Assembly (NCBI GenBank): GCA_963724515.1
Contig: CAVRUU010000003.1
Coordinates: 450,724 to 514,723, forward strand
DNA: 64,000 nucleotides
Source: Candidatus Eiseniibacteriota bacterium
GTDB taxonomy: Bacteria > Eisenbacteria > RBG-16-71-46 > SZUA-252
Direction: 5' to 3'
The translations under genes and the position numbers were made by a program. Under the pieces are notes generated by a model that was not told where the DNA came from, searched no databases, and saw only the letters and a list, made by a program, of their open reading frames with translations. Shown here piece by piece: positions 1 to 9,629 of the stretch (position 1 is its first letter; the number at the start of each line of letters is the position of its first letter).

Positions 1-31
1 TTGCCGCGGCGGGGGGTGGCGCAAGGCACTG

Positions 32-1384
32 CTAGGCGATCGACTTCTTGATGCTGGCGCGGAGCTTCTCGAGCCCTTCCGCGATCGCTTCCCTGGAGAC
101 GATGAGAGGCGGACGGAACCGGATCGACGTGGGACCGGAGGCGATCACGATCACGCCCTCTTCGTAGGCCTTCCGGATCACGGCGTCGCGCAGCTCCGTG
201 GTCTTGAAATCGAACGCGCACATGAGCCCTTTGCCGCGCGCGTTCGAAAGGTGGTCCGGAAACTCGCGCTGCAGACCCTCGAGGCCGGCCAGAAGATCGG
301 TGCCGCGGGCAGCGGCGTTCTCGAGGAGCTTCTCCTCCGCCATGATCTCGAGGTAGCGGCCGGAGCGGACCATGTCCACGAGCGTGCCGCCCCACGTGGA
401 ATTGAGCCGGCTCGAGACGTGGAACACGTTGTCCTTGATCTCATCGACCCGCGTTCCGGAAATGAAGCCGCAGACCTGGGCCTTCTTTCCGAAGGCGATC
501 ATGTCGGGCTTCACGTCGTAGTGCTCGAAGGCCCACATCTTCCCGGTGAGCCCGAGACCGGCCTGGATCTCGTCGAACACGAGCATCGCTTCGTACTCGT
601 CGGCGAGCCGGCGCAGCTCCTGGAAGAACTCCTTGCGGAAGTGGTTGTCGCCGCCCTCTCCCTGGATCGGCTCGATGATGATCGCCGCGATGTCGTCCTT
701 CGACTGCTCGAAGGCGGTCCGGATCTGGGCGATCGAGAGCGCCTCGCGCGCCTTCACGTCGCGAAGGTTCTCTTCGTTGAGCGGGAATCTCGCCTTGGGA
801 TTCAGGACGCGCGGCCAGTCGAACTTCGGAAAGTAGGCCGTCTTCCTGGGATCGGTCGTGTTCGTGAGCGAGAGCGTGTAGCCCGAGCGGCCGTGGAACG
901 CCTGCTCGAAGTGGAGCACCTTGTGGCCGCGCTCCTCCCGGTACCCACGCGCGAAGTTCTTCCGCACTTTCCAGTCGAACGCGGCCTTGAGCGCGTTCTC
1001 GACGCCAAGCGTTCCGCCGGCCACGAGGAAGAGATGCGGCATGTAGCCCGGCATGGCGTGCGTCGCGAACGTCTCGACGAACTCCGCCATCTCGACCGTG
1101 TACACGTCCGAGTTCGAGGGGTTGTGGAGCGCCGCGCGCAGGATCCTCTTCGTGAACTCCGGAGCCTTCATGCCGGGGTGGTTCATCCCGACCGGGTTCG
1201 TCGCGAAGAAGGAAAAGAAATCGAGAAGTCGCTTTCCGTGCCGAGAGTCGTAGATGTAGACGCCCTCGCTCTTGTCCAGATCCAGGACGAAGTCGAATCC
1301 ATCCGCGAGCATCCGCTTCGCGATCGTCTCGTGGACCTTGTCGGGTGTGATCTTGACCGGCGAGGCGGCGAGGGTCGGGTTCAT
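32..1384 (-). CDS. lat: L-lysine 6-transaminase-like class III PLP aminotransferase
   Basis: Lower 451 codons of track ORF 32..1588. LAT-type sequence including FDEIQAGLGLTGKMWAFEHYDVKPDMIAFGKKAQVCGF (PLP lysine in FGKK). Start set at ATG 1384 (MNPTLAAS) because GGAG lies 6 nt upstream. The 68 codons above it are Arg/Pro/His-rich and run into the lrp 3' end. Confidence 0.75.
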   Translation of the reverse strand: MNPTLAASPVKITPDKVHETIAKRMLADGFDFVLDLDKSEGVYIYDSRHGKRLLDFFSFFATNPVGMNHPGMKAPEFTKRILRAALHNPSNSDVYTVEMAEFVETFATHAMPGYMPHLFLVAGGTLGVENALKAAFDWKVRKNFARGYREERGHKVLHFEQAFHGRSGYTLSLTNTTDPRKTAYFPKFDWPRVLNPKARFPLNEENLRDVKAREALSIAQIRTAFEQSKDDIAAIIIEPIQGEGGDNHFRKEFFQELRRLADEYEAMLVFDEIQAGLGLTGKMWAFEHYDVKPDMIAFGKKAQVCGFISGTRVDEIKDNVFHVSSRLNSTWGGTLVDMVRSGRYLEIMAEEKLLENAAARGTDLLAGLEGLQREFPDHLSNARGKGLMCAFDFKTTELRDAVIRKAYEEGVIVIASGPTSIRFRPPLIVSREAIAEGLEKLRASIKKSIA

Positions 1385-1407
1385 CAAAGGCTCCTTTCGG
1401 GTAACGT

Positions 1408-1905
1408 TCATTCGGAATCGATCTTGATCCGGCGCTGCTCCTTGGCGGTGGCCAGGACGATGAGCGTGCGCGTCTGGCGCACGCCGCGAGCCGTGTTCAG
1501 CTTCTCGATCAAGAGCTTGCGGAACGCGGCCATGTCCCGGACCCTCACTTTCAGGAGGAGAGAGAATTCGCCGGTGATGTGGTGGCATTCGAGGATCTCG
1601 TCGAGCTCCCGGACGGCTTCGATGAAACCCGTTTCGAATTTCGGATGTTCGATGAATATCTCGACGAACGCGGTGATGTCCTGCCCGAGCTTGCGCTCGT
1701 CCAGGAGCGCGACGTAGCCCCGGATGACGCCGCCGCGCTCGAGCTTGCGGATCCGCTCGTTCACGGAGGGGGGCGTGAGCCCGACCGCCTTCGCCAGCTC
1801 GGCCTGCGAGATCTTGGCGTCATCTTGGAGACGGGCCAGGATCTTTCGGTCGATGACGTCCAGGACCGTGCCGTTGTTCCGTTTTGTTAGGTCAGATGCT
1901 ATCAT
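1408..1905 (-). CDS. Lrp/AsnC family transcriptional regulator
   Basis: 165-aa ORF. It has an N-terminal wHTH (ISQAELAKAVGLTPPSVNERIRKLE) and a C-terminal AsnC/RAM ligand domain (ITGEFSLLLKVRVRD). It lies directly upstream of lat, as in the mycobacterial lrpA-lat pair. Confidence 0.85.
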   Translation of the reverse strand: MIASDLTKRNNGTVLDVIDRKILARLQDDAKISQAELAKAVGLTPPSVNERIRKLERGGVIRGYVALLDERKLGQDITAFVEIFIEHPKFETGFIEAVRELDEILECHHITGEFSLLLKVRVRDMAAFRKLLIEKLNTARGVRQTRTLIVLATAKEQRRIKIDSE

Positions 1906-2063
1906 TACCTAATATTATTCGGCATATTGGTGTTTTGGGTCAACATTTATTTAGTGGAGGGGTGTCCATACCCCCACCGATGCCGCTTGATGGCGGCCGC
2001 GCGCGGGTTTAACCTTGTAGTCGTGAAGCGATTCCACCCGCTGGAAGGAGATCCCCGCACCCC
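1906..2063. promoter_or_regulatory. AT-rich divergent intergenic region (likely promoters and Lrp operator)
   Basis: The only AT-rich stretch for kilobases (tacctaatattattcggcatattggtgttttgggtcaacatttatttagtgg). It lies between the divergent lrp and AAA+ genes and contains short A/T palindromes of the kind Lrp-type regulators bind. No precise site is called. Confidence 0.35.
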
Positions 2064-3545
2064 ATGAAAAGACCTGAATCGATTAAGGCCCTTAGGGTTA
2101 GCGGCTACAAGCCGCAGACCGTGAAGCAGGAGATGAGACGCAACCTGGTCGGGATGATCGAGCGCGGGGAGAACCTCTTCCCCGGAATCGTGGGCTACGA
2201 GAAGACCGTGCTCCCCCAGATCGAGAACGCGATTCTCAGCGGACACGACTTCATCCTGCTCGGGCTTCGTGGCCAGGCGAAGACGCGGATTCTCCGCAAC
2301 CTGACGCGATTCCTCGACGAGTGGATGCCAGCGATCGAAGGCTGCGAGCTGAACGACGACCCGCTGAATCCCATCTGCTCCGGATGTAAACGCCGGGTCG
2401 CGGCCGAGGGGGACGCGGTGCCGATCCGGTGGATCCATCGCGACGAGCGCTACCGGGAGAAGCTCGCGACCCCCGACGTCACGATCGCGGACCTGATCGG
2501 TGACATCGATCCGATCAAGGCGGCGAACCAGAAGCTCTCCTACAGCGATCCCGAGGTCATGCACTTCGGGATCATCCCGCGGACCAACCGCGGAATCTTC
2601 GCGATCAACGAGCTGCCCGACCTTCAGCCGAGGATCCAGGTCGGTCTCCTGAACATCCTCGAGGAGAAGGACATCCAGATTCGCGGATTCCCGATCCGGC
2701 TTCCCCTCGACATCCAGATCGTCTTCTCCGCGAACCCCGAGGACTACACGAACCGCGGGAATATCATCACGCCGCTCCGCGATCGGATCGCGTCGCAGAT
2801 CATGACCCACTATCCCTACACCCTCGACGACGCGATGAAGGTCACCGAGCAGGAAGCGTGGACGAACCGCGGTGACGGGATCGAGGTCATCGTCCCGGCA
2901 TACATCAAGGAGCTCGTCGAAACGGTCGCGATCCAGGCGCGCAAGTCCTCCTACGTCGATCAGGGCTCGGGTGTGAGCGTGCGCATGACGATCTCGCTCA
3001 TGGAGAATCTGATCTCCAATGCGGAGCGCCGCGCGATCCGCGCCGGCGAGCGCCGCCAGGCCGTGCGCATCTGCGATCTGCAGAACGGAATCGCCTCGAT
3101 CAGCGGCAAGGTGGAGCTGGTCTACGAGGGGGAGCAGGAAGGCGCCGTCGCCGTGGCGAAGCACCTGGTCGGGAAGGCGGTGAAGGAGGTCTTCGCGAAG
3201 CACTTCCCCGACGCGTACAAGGCGAAGGAGAAGAACGAGGGCGCGCCTTCCGAATACGACGCGATCTTCCGCTGGTTCGCCCAGGGAAAGCGGGTCGAGA
3301 TCTCCGACGAGCTGTCGACGCGCGAGTTTCACGAGCGGCTCTCGCAGGTGACCGGTCTCGAGGAGCTGCCGAAGCGCTATCTCGGGATCAAGGACGCGAT
3401 CGAGGTGCCGACGGCGATGGAGTTCGTGCTGGAGGCGCTCCACCAGAATTCGATCCTCGCCAAGGAGCGGACCGACACGAGCGCGCTCGCGTACACCGAC
3501 ATGTTCTCCACCATGCTCGGAAAGCCGGAGGAAGCGGAGGACTAG
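2064..3545 (+). CDS. BchI/ChlI-MoxR-like AAA+ ATPase (Mg-chelatase-like, non-photosynthetic context)
   Basis: 493-aa ORF. Walker A-like GLRGQAKT, Walker B GIFAINELPDL, FSANPEDYTNRGNIITPLRDR sensor region. It carries a three-Cys insertion C-x10-C-x2-C (GCELNDDPLNPICSGC). A vWA gene follows 3 nt downstream. Confidence 0.7.
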   Translation: MKRPESIKALRVSGYKPQTVKQEMRRNLVGMIERGENLFPGIVGYEKTVLPQIENAILSGHDFILLGLRGQAKTRILRNLTRFLDEWMPAIEGCELNDDPLNPICSGCKRRVAAEGDAVPIRWIHRDERYREKLATPDVTIADLIGDIDPIKAANQKLSYSDPEVMHFGIIPRTNRGIFAINELPDLQPRIQVGLLNILEEKDIQIRGFPIRLPLDIQIVFSANPEDYTNRGNIITPLRDRIASQIMTHYPYTLDDAMKVTEQEAWTNRGDGIEVIVPAYIKELVETVAIQARKSSYVDQGSGVSVRMTISLMENLISNAERRAIRAGERRQAVRICDLQNGIASISGKVELVYEGEQEGAVAVAKHLVGKAVKEVFAKHFPDAYKAKEKNEGAPSEYDAIFRWFAQGKRVEISDELSTREFHERLSQVTGLEELPKRYLGIKDAIEVPTAMEFVLEALHQNSILAKERTDTSALAYTDMFSTMLGKPEEAED

Positions 3546-3547
3546 TC

Positions 3548-4651
3548 GTGGATTTCCGCTACTCCAAGTGGGACGAGCGTCTCACCCAGAACCTGAGCTT
3601 TCTCAAGAATCTCCTCTCGCTCTACAACCGGCTGCTTCTGATGACCGACGGGGATGTCGACGAGGCGCTGCGCGCCCTGGAGGAGCTGGGTGACCGCTTC
3701 GGGTTCTTCAGCTCCAAGTTCTCGATGGACGACTTCAAGAAGCACCTGAAAGAACAGGACGCGATCCAGGAGGTGAACGGGAAGAACGTCCTGACGCGCC
3801 GCGGGGAGCGGATGATCCGACAGGACTCCCTGGACCGCATCTTCTCCGCGCTGGCGAAGGACTCGGCGGGAGAGCATCGCGTGCCGAGCACGGGCAGCGG
3901 CGGCGAGAGGATCACGGAAACGCGGCCCTACGTCTTCGGCGACAACGTCTCGGACATCGACTATGTCTCGAGCGTTCGGAACTCGGTGCGTCGGCAGCGG
4001 GGCGAATGGGGGGACGAAGGGCTGAATCTCACCGAGGACGATCTCGAGGTCTTCGAGACCGAGCACTCCTCATCGTGCGCGACGGTGCTCCTCATCGACG
4101 TGAGCCACTCGATGATCCTCTACGGCGAAGATCGGATCACGCCGGCCAAGCAGGCGGCCCTTGCCCTGGCCGAGCTGATTCTCACCCGCTATCCGAAAGA
4201 CTCCCTCCACGTCGTGCTCTTCGGGGACGACGCCTGGGAGGTGAAGATCCGGGACATTCCGTACGCCTCCGTGGGGCCCTACCACACCAACACGAAGGCG
4301 GCGCTTCAGCTCGGGCAGCGGATCCTCGCCAGACAGAAGCACGTGAACAAGCAGATCTTCATGATCACCGACGGGAAGCCCTCCGCGATCCACGAGGGCG
4401 GACGGCTGTACAAGAACGCGTTCGGCCTCGACCCCAAGATCGTGAACAAGACCCTGGACGAGGCCGTGCAGTGCCGCCGCAAGAGGATCTCGATCACCAC
4501 CTTCATGGTGACCCAGGACCCTTACCTCGTGCGGTTCGTGGAACGATTCACGCAGCTCAACAAGGGCCGCGCCTACTTCGCCGACCTAGAGAACCTGGGC
4601 TCCTACCTCTTCGTCGACTATGACCGGAACCGCCGCAAGCGGGTGAACTAG
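3548..4651 (+). CDS. von Willebrand factor A (vWA) domain protein, partner of the AAA+ ATPase
   Basis: 367-aa ORF. MIDAS DxSxS in VLLIDVSHSM and a downstream FMITDGKPS motif. It begins 3 nt after the AAA+ stop codon. Confidence 0.8.
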   Translation: MDFRYSKWDERLTQNLSFLKNLLSLYNRLLLMTDGDVDEALRALEELGDRFGFFSSKFSMDDFKKHLKEQDAIQEVNGKNVLTRRGERMIRQDSLDRIFSALAKDSAGEHRVPSTGSGGERITETRPYVFGDNVSDIDYVSSVRNSVRRQRGEWGDEGLNLTEDDLEVFETEHSSSCATVLLIDVSHSMILYGEDRITPAKQAALALAELILTRYPKDSLHVVLFGDDAWEVKIRDIPYASVGPYHTNTKAALQLGQRILARQKHVNKQIFMITDGKPSAIHEGGRLYKNAFGLDPKIVNKTLDEAVQCRRKRISITTFMVTQDPYLVRFVERFTQLNKGRAYFADLENLGSYLFVDYDRNRRKRVN

Positions 4652-5245
4652 GGGCTGCCCAGCCGGTACGTGAGTCCGGCCCCGATCGTCCCCATCACGA
4701 GCGAGTTGTTACCCATCGTCTGGTGGTAGCGGAGATCCAGGTCGAACATCGTTCGCGCCCACAGCGGAACGGACAGCCCGCCCCCGAAATTCATCCCGAA
4801 CGGGACTTCCCTCGAGCGCGTCCCCACCGCCTCGAAAGACCTGAGCGGACTGACGACGGGGAAATCCCTGAAGCCGAAGTCGTAGATGCCTGCTCCGAAT
4901 TCAGCCCTTGGAGAGACCCGATGCCGGTAGGGGGAGGCGAGCTCGATCTGAATCGTCAGGGGATTCACGCTGCTCCTGCTGCCCGGCACGTCCAGGTACA
5001 TGTGGTCGTAGTTCGCGGACAGGGACACGCTCGGCGTCAGGGGAAAGCCCAGCGCCCCGCCCGCCAGCCAGCCCGGGCCCGGCTCCCCGTCCCGATCCGG
5101 GAACACGAGCCCGCCGCGGATTCGGAGAAAGCCCTGCGGCGACGGCTCACTCGCTCGCGGCGGCCGGCGGGATGAAGGGCGACGAGATGCTAAGTACAAC
5201 GAGAGGAACGAAAAACGCGAGGACCGCTGCGAGGGAACGATTCAT
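4648..5245 (-). CDS. Small outer-membrane beta-barrel-like protein, frame-disrupted near the signal peptide
   Basis: The barrel-like body is ORF 4648..5199, with alternating hydrophobic strands and FGMNFGGGLSV ... GAGLTYRL. A good signal peptide (MNRSLAAVLAFFVPLVVLSISSPFIPPAAAS, ATG at 5245) lies in the -1 register and ends at a TGA at 5147-5149. Span length is 3n+1, so one extra nucleotide near 5147-5175. Confidence 0.4.
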
Positions 5246-5336
5246 GACACACCCCCCAGGTGTGGCGCCCGGCACCGCGGCTCGACTAGAAGGGGTACCC
5301 CGGGCGGAAGTCCAAGTTCTCGCGACCATTCTACCC

Positions 5337-6500
5337 CTACAGCGCCGCGCAGAACCGCTCGATCTCGTCCTCGGTGTTGTAGTAGTGGACCGAAGCGCGG
5401 ACCATCGACGTGAGCCCCCTCGCGTCCATATCGAGCCTCGCCATGGGGGCCGTCGTGACCGTGACGTTGATGCGCCGGGCCAGGAGCGTGCGCTTGATCT
5501 CCTCGGGGGCGCGCCCCTCCACGGTGAAGGTGACGATGGCGCATTTCTCGGCGCCGAGGTCGCGAACGGTGACGCCGGGCAGCGACGCAAGCCTCTGCCG
5601 CAGCATCGAGGCGAGCGAGCGAGCGCGGTCGCGGATCGCCTCGATCCCCCACCCCATCGCGTAGTCCACCGCCGCCTTCAGCCCGAGCTTCAGCGCTGCG
5701 CTGTTTTCGTAGGTCTCGAAGCGGCGCGCGTCCGGCCGGATCTCGTAGCGGTCGCGGGAAACCCAGGTCGCCGCGTGCGTGTCGAGAGTCGGCGGCTCGA
5801 GCCCCTCGAGGAACCCGCGCCTGACGTACAGGAACCCGATGCCTCGCGGCCCGCGCAGGAACTTGCGGGCGTTCGCCGAGAGCATGTCGCAGCCGATCTC
5901 CCCGACGTCGAGCGGCATCTGCCCCGCGGACTGACACGCGTCGAGGATGAAGGGAATGCCCGCGCGGCGCGCCACGGCGCCGACGGCGCGCGCCGGATTC
6001 ACGAGCCCGCCGTTCGTCGGAACGTGCGTCAGCGAGATCAGCTTCACGCGCGAATCGATCATGCCCTCGAGTGCCTCGACCGAGACCTGCCCGGTGGGAT
6101 CGCCCGGCACGACATCGATGGTGGCGCCGGTCCGTCGCGCCACATGTAAAAGGGCGATGTAATTGCTCGCGTACTCGGCGGCGGAGGTGAGGATCCGGTC
6201 GCCGGGATTAAACGGCAGGGAATAGAACGCCATGTCCCAGGCGCGTGTCCCGTTCTCGACCACCGCGATCTCCTCGCGATGGGCGCCGAGGAGCGCCGCG
6301 ATCGAGTCGTAGACGCCCTCGAGCGCGGGCTCCACCCGTTCCTGAGCCTCGTAACCCCCGATCGAAGCTTCGAGGCGGAGGTGATCCAGGACGGTGTCGA
6401 CGACCGGTCTCGGCATCAGGGAAGCGCCGGCGTTGTTGAAGTGGATGACGTTCGCGCACCCTGGCGTCTCGGCCCGGGCGCGCCCGACGTCGATCGGCAT
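5337..6500 (-). CDS. Class V PLP aminotransferase / cysteine desulfurase-like
   Basis: C-terminal 387 codons of track ORF 5337..7523, starting MPIDVGRARAETPGCANVIHFNNAGASL with GGAGAG upstream. Class V features: SLTHVPTNGG, DACQSAGQ, SANARKFLRGPRGIGFLY (PLP lysine). The ORF portion above 6500 is antisense to hpnC. Confidence 0.8.
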   Translation of the reverse strand: MPIDVGRARAETPGCANVIHFNNAGASLMPRPVVDTVLDHLRLEASIGGYEAQERVEPALEGVYDSIAALLGAHREEIAVVENGTRAWDMAFYSLPFNPGDRILTSAAEYASNYIALLHVARRTGATIDVVPGDPTGQVSVEALEGMIDSRVKLISLTHVPTNGGLVNPARAVGAVARRAGIPFILDACQSAGQMPLDVGEIGCDMLSANARKFLRGPRGIGFLYVRRGFLEGLEPPTLDTHAATWVSRDRYEIRPDARRFETYENSAALKLGLKAAVDYAMGWGIEAIRDRARSLASMLRQRLASLPGVTVRDLGAEKCAIVTFTVEGRAPEEIKRTLLARRINVTVTTAPMARLDMDARGLTSMVRASVHYYNTEDEIERFCAAL

Positions 6501-6560
6501 GACCCTCTCCTCAGCCCTTGGGCTCACGAGGACAAAGTGTAGCATCCTGGCGGCACTTCG

Positions 6561-7496
6561 ATGTACCGTGACGGGCACATGCCACGAGGCGCGCCGATGC
6601 ATTCCTCCCCCGCACCGGCCGAGACGATGGTCGTCGAGGCGGAGCCGGTCCCGCTTCATCTCGCCTATCGCGTCTGCGAGGATATCGCGCGGACGCACTA
6701 TGAGAATTTCCCCGTCGCGTCCCGGTTCATCCCGGTTGAAAAGCGGATCGCGCTCGCCGCGATCTACGCCTTCGCGCGCCAGGCGGACGACGTGGCCGAC
6801 GCGGCGGCGCCGAGGGAGGACCGGCTGCGCGCGCTCGACACGATCGAGAACGCCTTGCTCCGCGCACTCGACGGCGAGCCCCGCGGCCCGATCTTCACGG
6901 CGCTGGCGGATGCGGTGGAGCGCTACCGGCTCCCCACCGAGCCCTTTCTCGATCTCCTGGGCGCCTTTCGCATGGACGCGCGCGACGCGACCTTCCAGAC
7001 GTGGGACGATCTGCTCGCCTACTGCCGTGGGTCCGCGAATCCCGTCGGCCGCCTCGTGCTCGCGCTCTACGACATCGAGGATCCCGAGGCGCTTCGCGCG
7101 TCCGACGCGATCTGCACCGCGCTGCAGCTCACGAATTTCTGGCAGGACCTGGGGCCGGACCTGGACCGCGGGCGTCTCTTCCTGCCTCTGGAAGATCTGG
7201 CCCATTTCGGGCTGAATCCCCGTGACGTGACGCGGCCGGCGTCCCGGTCCGGGCTCACCCGGCTCCTCTCGCACGAGGTCCGCGCGACGAGGGATCTCTT
7301 CTCGAGGGGGACGCCCATCGTGCGCCTGACCCCCGTGCTCCTCTCGCTCCATCTCCGCGTGACGATCGCCGGAGGGCGCGCGATCCTCCGCGCGGTCGAG
7401 CGTCTGGGCTGGCGAGTGCTCGAGCGGAGGCCGACCCTGAGCGGCGTCGCGCGCGCGGGGATCGCGATACGCGCCCTGGCGGGGATCGATGGCTGA
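6561..7496 (+). CDS. hpnC: Squalene synthase HpnC (hydroxysqualene to squalene branch; squalene/phytoene synthase family)
   Basis: 311-aa ORF with the HYENFPVASRF signature and aspartate-rich YAFARQADDVAD. It is followed by hpnD and hpnE. The start is uncertain (several in-frame Met within the first 25 codons). Confidence 0.75.
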   Translation: MYRDGHMPRGAPMHSSPAPAETMVVEAEPVPLHLAYRVCEDIARTHYENFPVASRFIPVEKRIALAAIYAFARQADDVADAAAPREDRLRALDTIENALLRALDGEPRGPIFTALADAVERYRLPTEPFLDLLGAFRMDARDATFQTWDDLLAYCRGSANPVGRLVLALYDIEDPEALRASDAICTALQLTNFWQDLGPDLDRGRLFLPLEDLAHFGLNPRDVTRPASRSGLTRLLSHEVRATRDLFSRGTPIVRLTPVLLSLHLRVTIAGGRAILRAVERLGWRVLERRPTLSGVARAGIAIRALAGIDG

Positions 7497-8319
7497 TCCA
7501 CGCTCTGCTCCGCGGGGCACCAACTTCGCGCTCGCCTTCCGCGCGCTCCCTCCCGACCAGCGCGAGGCGATCCGCGCCGTGCACGCCTTCAGCCGCGAGG
7601 TGGACGACAGCGTGGACGAGGAGCCCGACCATGGTCGCGCGAGGGAGGAGATCCTCCGCTGGCGTGGTGAAGTCGCGGCTTGCTACGAGGGGGAGCCCAG
7701 CGAGCCGGCCGCCCGCGCGCTCAAGCCGCATCTCCTGCGCTTCGGGATTCCGCGCGTCTATCTGGACGAGCTCCTCTCGGGCGTCGAGATGGACCTGACG
7801 CAGCTCCGCTACGCGACGTTCGAGGAGCTTCGGCGCTACTGCTACCGCGTGGCCTCGGTGGTCGGGCTCATCTGCCTGCGCATCTTCGGCGACGAGGAGG
7901 AGCGCGGGAGAGCGTACGCCGAGAATCTGGGACTGGCGCTTCAGCTCACGAACATCCTCCGCGATCTCGGCTCGGATCTGGCGCGCGGGAGGATCTACCT
8001 CCCCCGCGAGGACCTCAGCAAGTTCGGATATCCGGAACAGGCGCTCGCGCGCCAGGAGCGGAATTCCGCCTTCCACGACCTCATGCGGTTTCAGGTGGCG
8101 CGGGCCCGCGGCTATTTCGCGGCCGCCGAGCGCGAAGCGTCGGCGCTCGATCCGCGCAGGATCCTGGCCGCCGAGATCATGGGCCGGATCTACAAGCGGC
8201 TCCTCGCCCGGATCGAAGCTTCCGGCTACGACGTGTTTCGCCGCGAAGTCCGCGTCCCGTTCCACGAGCGGGCGTGGATCGCCGGCAGCTCCATCCTCGC
8301 CGCCCACGCCATGCGATGA
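7489..8319 (+). CDS. hpnD: Presqualene diphosphate synthase HpnD
   Basis: 276-aa ORF. TNFALAFRALPPDQREAIRAVHAFSREVDDSVDE and a second Asp-rich region (LTNILRDLGSD). Overlaps the hpnC end by 8 nt. Confidence 0.8.
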   Translation: MADPRSAPRGTNFALAFRALPPDQREAIRAVHAFSREVDDSVDEEPDHGRAREEILRWRGEVAACYEGEPSEPAARALKPHLLRFGIPRVYLDELLSGVEMDLTQLRYATFEELRRYCYRVASVVGLICLRIFGDEEERGRAYAENLGLALQLTNILRDLGSDLARGRIYLPREDLSKFGYPEQALARQERNSAFHDLMRFQVARARGYFAAAEREASALDPRRILAAEIMGRIYKRLLARIEASGYDVFRREVRVPFHERAWIAGSSILAAHAMR

Positions 8320-9629
8320 ACGCGCGATTCGACGCGACCGTCGTCGGCGCAGGCTTCGCCGGCATGGCCGCGGCCACGGCGCTCGCGGAACGCGGCGCGC
8401 GCGTGCTCGTGCTCGAGACCCGCCAGCGCCCGGGCGGGCGCGCGTATTCGTGGACCGACCCCGAGACAGGCGAAGTCCAGGACAACGGACAGCATGTGCT
8501 CGGCGCTTTCTACGACGAGACGCTTCGTTTCCTGCGACGGCTCGGAACGCTCGATTCGCTCGCGGTGGATCCCACGTTTCGCCTCCGCGTCTGGGAGCGC
8601 GGGCGCGGGTCCTTCGAGCTTCGCTGCCCGGACCTTCCCTCGCCGTTCCATTGGATCGCGGCGGTCTCCACGTGCGGAAGGCTTGGGGCGCGCGGCCGTG
8701 TGCAAGCGCTCGACCTGCCGAGACGCGTGCGCGCGCTCGTCGAGCGGAACGGCGACGGCTCGAAGCTCACCGTCGAAAGCTGGTTCCGGGAGATGGGCGG
8801 AAGCGAGGATCTCGCGAGCCTGCTCCACCCGCTCGCGCTCGCGTCCCTGAACGAAGAGCCGAGGGATGGATCCGCGGGGCTCTTCGCGAGGGTTCTCGAT
8901 CGCATTTTCAAGAGTCCGGCGCGGTCGAGCGGCCTGGCGCTCCCCAAGCGGGGGCTCTCGGATCTCTTCGCCGGGTTCGACGAGTACGTCGCGGCGCGGG
9001 GAGGCGAGGTGCGGTATCGCGCGACGGCTCTCGGCGTGCGCGTCGAGTCGGGACGCGTTTCCGGGCTGTCGCTCCTGTACGGAGAGCGGATCGAATCGCG
9101 GTGCGTGATCCTGGCGGTGCCTCACGACCGCGCGGGTTGGATGCTCGCCCCCGAGCATTTCGGCGCGTTTCGTGAGATCGCGCGCGCTCCCTGGTCCCCC
9201 ATCATCTCCACGGTGCACACCTACGACCGCCCGATCCTGCCTTCCCGCTTCGTGGGTCTCCTGGGCACGCGCACGCAGTGGGCGTTCGACCGGGGAGCGG
9301 CCGCCGGGGGCGGCCATCACGTGGGAACGGTCCGGAGCGCGGCGTTCGACGACACCGAGCGCGCGGGCGAGGCGATCCTGGACGAGACCGCCGCGGAGCT
9401 GGCCGAAGCGTTTCCCCCGGCGCGCGAGGCGTCCCTGCTCCGCGCGCGCATCTACAAGGAACGGCGCGCCACGATACGCTCCCTTCCTGCCCTGCAGCGC
9501 TCGAGGCCTCCCGCGGAGACGGGAGTGGGCGGGCTCTACCTCGCGGGCGATTGGACCGCGACGGGGCTTCCCCCCACTATCGAGGGGGCGGTTCTGAGCG
9601 GACATCGCGCCGCTGCGCTCGCGGGATGA
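8316..9629 (+). CDS. hpnE: Hydroxysqualene dehydroxylase HpnE (FAD amine-oxidase fold)
   Basis: Starts MNARFDATVVGAGFAGMAAATALAERGARVLVLE (dinucleotide fold). ATG 8316 overlaps the hpnD stop (ATGA). The track ORF 7680..9629 carries a 212-codon Arg/Pro-rich extension overlapping hpnD, which I rejected. Confidence 0.8.
   Translation: MNARFDATVVGAGFAGMAAATALAERGARVLVLETRQRPGGRAYSWTDPETGEVQDNGQHVLGAFYDETLRFLRRLGTLDSLAVDPTFRLRVWERGRGSFELRCPDLPSPFHWIAAVSTCGRLGARGRVQALDLPRRVRALVERNGDGSKLTVESWFREMGGSEDLASLLHPLALASLNEEPRDGSAGLFARVLDRIFKSPARSSGLALPKRGLSDLFAGFDEYVAARGGEVRYRATALGVRVESGRVSGLSLLYGERIESRCVILAVPHDRAGWMLAPEHFGAFREIARAPWSPIISTVHTYDRPILPSRFVGLLGTRTQWAFDRGAAAGGGHHVGTVRSAAFDDTERAGEAILDETAAELAEAFPPAREASLLRARIYKERRATIRSLPALQRSRPPAETGVGGLYLAGDWTATGLPPTIEGAVLSGHRAAALAG

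Noticed and set aside
251-1717. 488-aa plus-strand ORF
   Set aside because: It lies exactly antisense to lat and the lrp 3' end. Its composition is Arg/Leu/Glu/Asp/Val-rich with no recognisable motifs, typical of mirror ORFs in GC-rich DNA.
1947-3443. 498-aa minus-strand ORF
   Set aside because: Antisense to the AAA+ ATPase gene, which has clear Walker motifs. The antisense product is low-complexity (R/L/D/E/V).
2064-4651. Genuine magnesium chelatase (bchI/bchD) for bacteriochlorophyll synthesis
   Set aside because: There is no bchH-like large subunit or other photosynthesis genes in the window. The vWA protein is much shorter than BchD and lacks its AAA-like N-terminal half.
6501-7523. N-terminal 341 codons of track ORF 5337..7523
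   Set aside because: Antisense to hpnC. The aminotransferase homology begins only at MPIDVGR (ATG 6500), which has a good RBS.
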